NCBI GenBank assembly: GCA_041745535.1
Contig: JBGTIS010000298.1
Location: 1-31,952 of the forward strand
Origin: Cyclobacteriaceae bacterium
Lineage (GTDB): Bacteria > Bacteroidota > Bacteroidia > Cytophagales > Cyclobacteriaceae
DNA: 31,952 nt
Reading direction: 5' to 3'
The number at the start of each line of letters is the position of its first letter. The stretch's first letter is position 1. Under the pieces are notes generated by a model. It did not search any database. It worked only from the letters and a program-made list of their open reading frames with translations, and was not told the DNA's origin. Shown in pieces: positions 10,178 to 16,959 of this stretch. The position numbers were made by a program, and so were the translations under genes.

Positions 10178-10210
10178 TTCGTTTTGCCTGCTTCTACTCA
10201 AATACTCACT

Positions 10211-10268
10211 CGCTCCGTCCTTCAGGGCGGAGCAATAAATGCCCAAATAGGGAGAGGGCTTTAGCCCT
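10211..10268. repeat. REP-like palindromic element cluster, left flank of the RAYT
   Basis: The 20-mer CTCCGTCCTTCAGGGCGGAG at 10212-10232 is the reverse complement, with one mismatch, of the copy at 10743-10762. A hairpin AGGGCT-tt-AGCCCT sits at 10255-10268. Confidence 0.6.
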
Positions 10269-10689
10269 TTTCAAACTCATATTTGCTGATAAATTCTTCA
10301 TATTCTTCCTGAAAGCCTTTCTTTGTATGATGGGCTTCCTGGTTACGAATATATCGCCTTACCACCTCAACCTGTGAATGACTTACCGAAGCCGCGAAAT
10401 ATTCACCCTGCCAGCCAAACTTTGTTTGGGTCAGTTTGTTTTTGTTGATCCAAAAAGAAGATTCACCTTTTAGTAAATTGGCGATGGTAGCTATATTTTG
10501 ATCCGAATTAATGGACAGTAAACAATGTACATGCTCAACATACCCGTTGATATGGTCCAGATGAATTCCCTTACCCTGAGCATATTCTTTGATGTGTTGA
10601 AAAACCTTATACCTGATACTTTTGGTCAGATAAGGCTTTCTGTCTTTGGTCGTCCAAACCATGTGTATCCAGATTTTTATATATGGCAT
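10261..10689 (-). CDS. REP-associated tyrosine transposase (RAYT), IS200/IS605-like Y1 transposase
   Basis: 142 aa. The HuH motif is present (YVEHVHCLL). The motif WQGEYFAASV carries a catalytic-Tyr candidate. The overall MPYIKIWIHMVWTTKDRKPYL start is typical of TnpA_REP / PF01797 proteins. The gene sits directly between inverted REP-like palindromes. Confidence 0.8.
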   Translation of the reverse strand: MPYIKIWIHMVWTTKDRKPYLTKSIRYKVFQHIKEYAQGKGIHLDHINGYVEHVHCLLSINSDQNIATIANLLKGESSFWINKNKLTQTKFGWQGEYFAASVSHSQVEVVRRYIRNQEAHHTKKGFQEEYEEFISKYEFEKG

Positions 10690-10706
10690 TTTTCCTTCCT
10701 TTTTTA

Positions 10707-10794
10707 AGGGCTAAAGCCCTAAGTTCTTTTGATCTTTCTTAACTCCGCCCTGAAGGACAGAGTTACTTACCAGATTTTAAAAGGCTAAAGCCAT
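10707..10794. repeat. REP-like palindromic element cluster, right flank of the RAYT
   Basis: AGGGCT-aa-AGCCCT hairpin at 10707-10720. The 20-mer CTCCGCCCTGAAGGACAGAG at 10743-10762 is an inverted copy of 10212-10232. A third small hairpin GGCT-aa-AGCC sits at 10783-10792. Confidence 0.6.
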
Positions 10795-11064
10795 GCTATT
10801 TTTGCTATGTCTTCTGATTTTCACCTTCAAGAAAGATATTCCTAAGTACCTTTATATGAGATTTTGTGTTTTCAGAGGTGTTTAGTTAAGCATCTCATGG
10901 GTTTTCAAGAGTTTTTTTATGCCAATTTGTTTGTATTGCTGCCAAAAGGGTGGAAAGGAGTATGTAAATTTCTTTTAATAGTCAGCGCATTGATTAGGCA
11001 AGGAACCAAGGTTGGATCTGCCTGCTTCGTCATAGCTTTAGAAAAGGTAATCGAATTCTTATAT

Positions 11065-11844
11065 TTATTTCATCCTTTCCAGCAATTCCTTCATTTGGCT
11101 TTCCAAAACGGCTACCCGCTCTTCCAGCATTACTGGAGGCTTTAACAGGGTACTGAAATATCCTTCTACTTTCCACAGTTCCAACAGGTCTTTTGGCTGA
11201 ATTTCCAGGGGGTTGGCCACCGCGTTATCCGCTTTAAATTCCCAGGTTTTGCGTTTGGTCGCCAGCCGCCTTACATAAATATCAGTTGGGGTAACTGCCA
11301 CACACACATCTCCGATTTCCAGGGTTTTGGCTTCTCCCACCGAAACCGGGGAGCATGAAAGGATGTCTCCGGCATGCAATCCTTGCCCGTTGAACTCCAT
11401 GGCATTGTCCTGCACCTCAAAAGCGCGCGACTTTTTGTGTCGGGTATGCGGCAAACGAATGCAGGGCAGCTTATTGATAAAGTCTTTATTCAGGTAATTC
11501 ACAATATATTCCAGGTAAATTTCCTTGTTGACCAGCGGCGTATCTTCCTGGCTTTCATCTGTGTCGGTTTTCCGGACTGTCGCAGGCTGACTCTCCTTGA
11601 ATTCTTTATTAAAGATATCGAATTTATAGAGTTCGTTCACGGTAAGCTCTTTGGTTAGCAGCACATCTACCGATAAGCCAAAATAATTGGCTATTTTTAT
11701 GATAGTGTCTGTTTTTGGTTCAGCCCTTCCTTCTTCATAAGCCCCTACACTGGGCCGGGCTAATCCAAACATTTCAGCAAAATCAGCCTGACTGATCTTC
11801 TTTACCGTTCTTATTTTTCTGATATTTTTCCCTATCAATGACAT
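11065..11844 (-). CDS. XRE-family HTH transcriptional regulator with a C-terminal S24 (LexA/cI-like) peptidase-fold domain; the catalytic dyad appears substituted
   Basis: The N-terminal HTH is IRKIRTVKKISQADFAEMFGLARPSVGAYEEGRAEP..IIKIANYFGLSVDVLL, which is XRE / PF01381-like. The C-terminal region FEVQDNAMEF..GLHAGDILSC...IYVRRLATK aligns by eye to the LexA segments VSGMSMKD..GDLLAV...VKRLKK, but the nucleophile Ser is Ala (DNAM) and the general-base Lys appears to be Ala (RLAT). The gene is divergent from the PspA-flotillin-AAA cluster. Confidence 0.7.
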   Translation of the reverse strand: MSLIGKNIRKIRTVKKISQADFAEMFGLARPSVGAYEEGRAEPKTDTIIKIANYFGLSVDVLLTKELTVNELYKFDIFNKEFKESQPATVRKTDTDESQEDTPLVNKEIYLEYIVNYLNKDFINKLPCIRLPHTRHKKSRAFEVQDNAMEFNGQGLHAGDILSCSPVSVGEAKTLEIGDVCVAVTPTDIYVRRLATKRKTWEFKADNAVANPLEIQPKDLLELWKVEGYFSTLLKPPVMLEERVAVLESQMKELLERMK

Positions 11845-11993
11845 TTTATAAAAAAATTTTAGCTAAAAATTTGAGCAATGCTAACTTTTTTAGTAAACTT
11901 ACGTAAATAATTCTTAACCGAAAACAAAATTGAATTAATTATCCCAAATTGAAGTAAATATTCTTTTAGAAAAAATTTAAACGATCAACTATC

Positions 11994-12413
11994 ATGAACC
12001 AATCATTTGCCAAGGTAAAAGATTATCTCCTGGAGCTGGATTACACCATGGTGTACGAAAGTGAAAAAGAAGGCGTGTTTATCATTGAAAATGAAGAGAT
12101 GGGCATCAGTAAAATGGTGGTAGGCTGTGCCGACCCCCTACTGATTATCGAACAGTATATTTTCGATATCCGGGAGCCCTCTATGGAAATTTATCAAAAG
12201 CTGCTGCAAAAAAACCGTGATATTATTCATGGCGCTTTTGTACTCGACGAATCAGGCCGAAAGGTGATATTCCGTGATACACTGCAAATTGAAAATCTGG
12301 ACCTGAACGAACTGGAAGCCTCCTTTAACTCTTTAGGACTATTATTAAGCGAGTATTCCGACGAAATTATCAGGTTTAGCAAGCAGCATGCGCTTAAACA
12401 TATACATTCATAA
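11994..12413 (+). CDS. YbjN/YjfI-like protein (T3SS-chaperone-like fold), first gene of the PspA cluster
   Basis: 139-aa acidic protein. The N-terminal pattern (VKDYLLELDYTMVYESEKEGVFIIENEEMGIS..VVGCADPLLIIEQ) resembles the YbjN family (PF10722). Its position immediately upstream of a PspA homologue mirrors the E. coli yjfI-yjfJ arrangement. The assignment is pattern-based, not from a search. Confidence 0.45.
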   Translation: MNQSFAKVKDYLLELDYTMVYESEKEGVFIIENEEMGISKMVVGCADPLLIIEQYIFDIREPSMEIYQKLLQKNRDIIHGAFVLDESGRKVIFRDTLQIENLDLNELEASFNSLGLLLSEYSDEIIRFSKQHALKHIHS

Positions 12414-12469
12414 AACAACTTTACCCAATATTTATCAATTAAAATTCATTAACTTAAAATATTATAACA

Positions 12470-13186
12470 ATGAACATTTTCAGTAGATTTTTCAAAATAG
12501 GACAGGCAGAAACTCATGCGGTGATTGATCAGCTTGAAAACCCAATCAGGATGACCGAGCAGGGTATCCGCGATATGAAAGTGGATCTGGATAAAAGCTT
12601 ACAGGCATTGGCCGAAGTAAAAGCCATGACCATTCGCGCTAAAAACGATACCCATACTTATCAGCACCAGGTAACCGATTATGAAAAGAAAGCGATTTTA
12701 TTACTAAAAAAAGCAGAAGCCGGAGAAATGGAAAGTACAGAAGCCGACCGCCTCGCTACTGAAGCCCTGACCAAAAAAGAACAGGCACAGCAGCAGGTAA
12801 GCAGACTTACCGAAGAGTATAAAAAATACGAAGCTTCGGTACAACAATTGGAGAGCAACATCAGAACGTTGCGAAGCAACATCAGCAAATGGGAAAACGA
12901 ACTTCGTACGCTGACGGCCCGGATGAAAGTGAGCTCTGCTACCAAAACCATGAACAAGCAACTGGCAAAAATTGATTCTTCCAGTACGGTTTCTATGCTG
13001 GAAAGAATGAAGGAGAAAGTAGAGCAGGAAGAAGCGCTGGCTGCCTCTTATGGTGAAATTGCCAACGAAAGCAAATCGGTAGATGAAGAGATCGACAAAG
13101 CCCTGGATCATAAACCAGGACAGGCTTCTAAAAGTCTGGAAGACCTGAAAAAACGGATGGGTCTGTCTCAGAATCCAGCTGAATAA
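12470..13186 (+). CDS. pspA: PspA/IM30 (Vipp1/LiaH) family protein, a bacterial ESCRT-III homologue
   Basis: 238 aa. The N-terminus MNIFSRFFKIGQAETHAVIDQLENPIRMTEQGIRDMKVDLDKSLQALAEVKA is the canonical PspA/IM30 start (amphipathic helix plus the 'dpe.ml.q.ir.m...l...r.a.a...a' pattern). It is followed by a long heptad coiled coil. Confidence 0.85.
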   Translation: MNIFSRFFKIGQAETHAVIDQLENPIRMTEQGIRDMKVDLDKSLQALAEVKAMTIRAKNDTHTYQHQVTDYEKKAILLLKKAEAGEMESTEADRLATEALTKKEQAQQQVSRLTEEYKKYEASVQQLESNIRTLRSNISKWENELRTLTARMKVSSATKTMNKQLAKIDSSSTVSMLERMKEKVEQEEALAASYGEIANESKSVDEEIDKALDHKPGQASKSLEDLKKRMGLSQNPAE

Positions 13187-13273
13187 TACCATAGAACCGG
13201 TATGATCTGATCCATCAGGTCATAGCCGGTTCCATCCCGGCGGGGTACGCTAATAATAATAAATAGCACACAG

Positions 13274-13906
13274 ATGAAAGAATTGCTTAACGCCGCCGTT
13301 TCCGCTCCTAATCTGCTTCCCACAGCACTGCTCGTGTTTGTGCTGGTATACTGGATCGTGGTAATTCTGGGAGCCATTGACCTGGATTTTATCGACCTCG
13401 ATCTGGAATTGGGCGAAACCGAGGCAGACGGCGTGGCGGAAGGTGAGTTTTCAGCTGCCTGGCTCAACGCAGTATTGTCGTTTTTCAACTTGGGCCAGGT
13501 TCCTTTCATGGTGTTTTTAACATTTCTGATTATCCCGATCTGGGTAATCTCGGTAATGGGCAACTATTACCTCGACAATACTTCATTCGGCATATCAATG
13601 CTATTATTCATGCCCAATCTGGTAATCAGTTTGTTTATCGCCAAATTCCTGACCATGCCGTTCATCGGATTATTCCGAACCATGGATCAGGAAACAGGCG
13701 AAACAATGATTGGAAAAATTTGTACCGTTACCTCAACCGTAAGCAGCGGTAAGGTAGGACAGGCAAAGGTGAAAACCACCGGCGCTCCGCTTTTGCTTAA
13801 TGTGCTTACCTATAATGAGGTAACCTTACAACACGGCGATACGGGTATTGTAATCGATCGTCGGAAGGACCGCAATATTTATTTTATTGAACCCTATATA
13901 AATTAA
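13274..13906 (+). CDS. YqiJ/NfeD-like inner-membrane protein with a C-terminal OB-fold
   Basis: 210 aa. It has several TM helices (LLPTALLVFVLVYWIVVILGAI; VPFMVFLTFLIIPIWVISVM; ISMLLFMPNLVISLFIAKFL) followed by a C-terminal beta-rich segment, GKICTVTSTVSSGKVGQAKVKTTGAPLLLNV..GDTGIVIDR, which is typical of NfeD/YqiJ OB-folds. It is 8 nt upstream of, and presumably coupled to, the flotillin gene. This mirrors yqiJ-yqiK and nfeD-floT. Confidence 0.65.
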   Translation: MKELLNAAVSAPNLLPTALLVFVLVYWIVVILGAIDLDFIDLDLELGETEADGVAEGEFSAAWLNAVLSFFNLGQVPFMVFLTFLIIPIWVISVMGNYYLDNTSFGISMLLFMPNLVISLFIAKFLTMPFIGLFRTMDQETGETMIGKICTVTSTVSSGKVGQAKVKTTGAPLLLNVLTYNEVTLQHGDTGIVIDRRKDRNIYFIEPYIN

Positions 13907-13914
13907 TACTCATC

Positions 13915-16080
13915 ATGGAAATGTCTATGCTCTGGGCTCTGATCATTATTGGAGCCGTTCTCACGATAGGTTTGCTATCGCTGATCATCAAAATGTATAA
14001 CAAGGCCGTACAGGGAGAAGCCCTGGTACGCACAGGATTGGGCGATGTGAAAATTTCGTTCTCCGGACTTTTCGTCGTGCCTATTCTTCACAAAATGGAG
14101 GTGATGGACATTACGGTAAAAACCATCGTGATTTCCAGAATGAGCGAAGATGGGTTAATTTGTAAAGATAATATGCGTGCCGATATCAAGGTTACTTTCT
14201 TTATCAGGGTTAATAAAACCATAGAGGATGTGGTACACGTAGCGCAGTCGATTGGTTGTAAACGCGCTTCCGACCATGAACAACTGGAAATTCTGTTCGA
14301 TGCCAAATTCTCTGAAGCCTTAAAAACGGTGGGAAAACACTTTGAATTTGTTGAATTATATAACTCCCGCAGAGAGTTTAAAGAAAGAATTCTGGATGAA
14401 ATCGGCACCGACCTGAACGGTTACGTACTGGACGATTGCGCCATCGATTACCTGGAGCAAACCCCGATTACTTCGCTGAACGAACATAATATTCTGGATG
14501 CGGAAGGTATCAAGAAGATTATTGACCTTACTGCCCAGCAAAAAGTGCAGTCTAACCTGATAGAGAACGAAAAGCGGAAAACTCTGAAAAAACAGGATGT
14601 GGAAGCACAGGAAACCATACTGGAACTGGAAAGGCAACTGGCCGAAACCGAAGAAAAACAACGTCGTGAAATTGCCAACATCAAGGCGCGCGAACTGGCC
14701 GAAACCGAAAAAGTACAGCAGGAAGAGCGGCTAAAAAGCGAAAAAGCCCGCATAGCCACCGAAGAAGAAATCGGCATTGCCGAACAGAATAAAGAACGGC
14801 AGGTACTGGTAGCCCAAAAAAATAAAGAACGTACCGATGCCGTAGAAACCGAGCGCGTACAACAGGCCAAAATGCTGGAAGCCACCGAAAAAGAGCGTAT
14901 TGTGGAACTGGCACAGATCGCGAAAGAAAAATCGCTGGAAGAAGAGAGAAAGAATATACAGGAAGTAATTCGCGAGCGGGTTGTGGTAGAAAAAGCTACC
15001 GTAATAGAAGAGGAGAAAATTAAAGACACCAAGGCCATGGCTGAGGCAGAGCGAAGCAAGCAGGTAGCGCTGGTTAATGCCGCACGGGATGCGGAAGAAG
15101 CGTTGGTGAAAGAAATAAAAGCCGCTGAGGCCGCCAAACAAGCTTCTGAGTTCAAAGCCAAGCAGGTAATGATTGACGCCGAAGCTGAAAAATCTTCTTC
15201 CGAACATCGGGCGCAGGCCATCAAGACCATGGCCGAAGCCGAAGCTTCTCAAAAGGCTGCACTCGGTTTGGCCGAAGCGCAGGTAATGGAAGCCAAAGCC
15301 CTGGCTCGTGAAAAAGAAGGGCAATCTGAAGCCAAAGTCATTGAAATGAAAGCGGAAGCAGAAGCGGAAGGGATTAAAGTTACCTCCGGCGCACAGGCCG
15401 AAGCCGATGAAAAACTGGGTTTTGTAGCCGCCCGGGTAAATCGTGAAAAAGGATTGGCCGAAGCGGAAGTGGTAGAAGTGAAAGCCGCGGCCGAACAGAA
15501 AAAAGGCATAGCCGAAGCCAAAGTGATGCGCGAGAAATTCAGTGCCGACGCACAGGGTGTGAAAGAAAAAGCCCAGGCCATGCAGGCGTTGGACGGTGTT
15601 GGCAAAGAGCACGAAGAATTCAAGCTGCGACTGGAAAAAGATAAAGTAATCGCGCTGGCCGATATCAATATTCAGAAAGATATCGCGGAAGCACAGGCCA
15701 AAGTAATTGCCGAAGCATTGAAATCTGCTAACATTGAAATTATTGGTGGCGAAACCATGCTGTTTGAGCAAATTATGGGGTCTATTACCAAAGGCAAAGC
15801 CATCGATAAAATGCTGGGCAACAGCGCCGTATTAACCGATGTGAAAAATGCCTTTTTCAATACCAATGGCGGATCTTCTTTCAAAGATAATCTGCACAAG
15901 TTCATCGATCAGTTCGGCATCAGTTCAGAGGATGTGAAAAACCTATCGGTTTCAGCCCTGATTATGAAAATGATGGGAACCACCCAAAGCCAGGATATAA
16001 AACAAAACCTGGGGCAATTGCTGAATGTGGCCAAAGCCGCTGGCATTGCCGATGAGCCGGCCAGAAAGATTCAGATATAA
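13915..16080 (+). CDS. Flotillin-like SPFH/Band-7 protein (YqiK/FloT type) with an extended E/A/K-rich coiled-coil region
   Basis: 721 aa. An N-terminal TM anchor (LWALIIIGAVLTIGLLSLII) is followed by the SPFH domain (GEALVRTGLGDVKISFSGLFVVPILHKMEVMDITVKTIVI...DIKVTFFIRV). About 450 residues of EA/K-rich heptads follow (AEAEA, EAEKV, AKQVMIDAEAEK), then a C-terminal globular tail. Confidence 0.85.
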   Translation: MEMSMLWALIIIGAVLTIGLLSLIIKMYNKAVQGEALVRTGLGDVKISFSGLFVVPILHKMEVMDITVKTIVISRMSEDGLICKDNMRADIKVTFFIRVNKTIEDVVHVAQSIGCKRASDHEQLEILFDAKFSEALKTVGKHFEFVELYNSRREFKERILDEIGTDLNGYVLDDCAIDYLEQTPITSLNEHNILDAEGIKKIIDLTAQQKVQSNLIENEKRKTLKKQDVEAQETILELERQLAETEEKQRREIANIKARELAETEKVQQEERLKSEKARIATEEEIGIAEQNKERQVLVAQKNKERTDAVETERVQQAKMLEATEKERIVELAQIAKEKSLEEERKNIQEVIRERVVVEKATVIEEEKIKDTKAMAEAERSKQVALVNAARDAEEALVKEIKAAEAAKQASEFKAKQVMIDAEAEKSSSEHRAQAIKTMAEAEASQKAALGLAEAQVMEAKALAREKEGQSEAKVIEMKAEAEAEGIKVTSGAQAEADEKLGFVAARVNREKGLAEAEVVEVKAAAEQKKGIAEAKVMREKFSADAQGVKEKAQAMQALDGVGKEHEEFKLRLEKDKVIALADINIQKDIAEAQAKVIAEALKSANIEIIGGETMLFEQIMGSITKGKAIDKMLGNSAVLTDVKNAFFNTNGGSSFKDNLHKFIDQFGISSEDVKNLSVSALIMKMMGTTQSQDIKQNLGQLLNVAKAAGIADEPARKIQI

Positions 16081-16191
16081 ACCAGGTAAAAAATATTTCA
16101 TTCCAGGAATAGCCTGTTTTCAGCCGGCTTTACCGGGTGAAGTATTTCTGAACCATTGCTTTATTCAACCAACCATTAAACCAATCCTGCC

Positions 16192-16941
16192 ATGTATGTA
16201 GTCAATGTGTTACTCGGAGCCATATTTTGTATCATAGCTTTTGCGCTTAATAAGTACAATGCCCGGTATGTGCTTTCGGGGTACAATACCCTTTCGGAAG
16301 AGGAAAGAAAACAATTTGATCTGAAAAATTATCTCAGGTTTTTTAAAAGGTTTTTTCTTACCGTTGGTATGGCTATTATGGTTGGCTTTTTTCTGCTCGA
16401 TCAGTTGGTAGACACAAAAATCGCTACCGCATTTACGGTACTATTTCCATTGATCGCGCTCTTTTATTTCATGATCAGCAGTAGCCGGTTTAACCATAAT
16501 CCGCCAGAAAAGAAGAAGTCAATAGCTCTGATTATATCATTTATCATTATCGGCATTTCCATTATTGGGTCTACTACCTTATTGGTTGGAAGTATTCTGG
16601 ATAACAAAATTACTTTCGAGGAAAAAGCTACCAGCATATCAGGCTTTTATGGAGAAGATATTCCTTACCTCAATATTATTTACCTGGATACTGTGAACAC
16701 ACTTCCCGCCATTAGTTACCGTGCTAATGGCATTGCATTGGGGAGTAGCTGCCTGAAAGGATATTTCAAAACCCGGGATCGAAATACGGTAAAGCTGCTG
16801 ATTAATGAGGACAAACCACCTTATATTCAGCTCAAAACCAATAACGATCAGTCTATCTTTTTCAATGCCAGCAACCCGGAACAAACTAAGTCTATTTACG
16901 ATAAACTGCGGGAACGCGTGATGTATATGTCTGTGAAATAA
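16192..16941 (+). CDS. Membrane protein with an N-terminal DUF3784-like TM domain and a C-terminal soluble domain
   Basis: 249 aa. The N-terminal TM helices and the GYNTLSEEERKQFD motif are characteristic of DUF3784 (PF12650), recalled from memory. About 110 additional residues follow two more TM helices. The gene ends 18 nt before the giant ATPase gene. Confidence 0.5.
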   Translation: MYVVNVLLGAIFCIIAFALNKYNARYVLSGYNTLSEEERKQFDLKNYLRFFKRFFLTVGMAIMVGFFLLDQLVDTKIATAFTVLFPLIALFYFMISSSRFNHNPPEKKKSIALIISFIIIGISIIGSTTLLVGSILDNKITFEEKATSISGFYGEDIPYLNIIYLDTVNTLPAISYRANGIALGSSCLKGYFKTRDRNTVKLLINEDKPPYIQLKTNNDQSIFFNASNPEQTKSIYDKLRERVMYMSVK

Positions 16942-16959
16942 GAAATTTAAATTAAAACA

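Larger units (their letters stand above)
10205..10795. mobile_element. RAYT-REP locus: an IS200-like tyrosine transposase bracketed by its cognate inverted REP hairpins
   Basis: This combines the two repeat clusters and the RAYT CDS above. The architecture matches the described REP-RAYT organisation, in which REPs flank the gene in inverted orientation. Confidence 0.6.

Noticed and set aside
10165-10377. 70-aa plus-strand ORF spanning the left REP and the RAYT 3' end
   Set aside because: It reads through palindromic REP sequence and is antisense to the transposase, so it is an artefact.
10864-11145. 93-aa plus-strand ORF overlapping the 3' end of the XRE/S24 regulator gene
   Set aside because: It has no motifs. 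It overlaps the convincing minus-strand HTH/S24 frame and begins in a non-conserved REP-adjacent spacer.
14448-15771. Long minus-strand ORFs of 260, 346 and 139 aa antisense to the flotillin gene
   Set aside because: Their Ser/Ala/Phe/Cys-rich low-complexity translations mirror the GAA/GCN repeats of the sense-strand coiled coil. They have no start context and no motifs, and they are fully nested in a well-supported gene.
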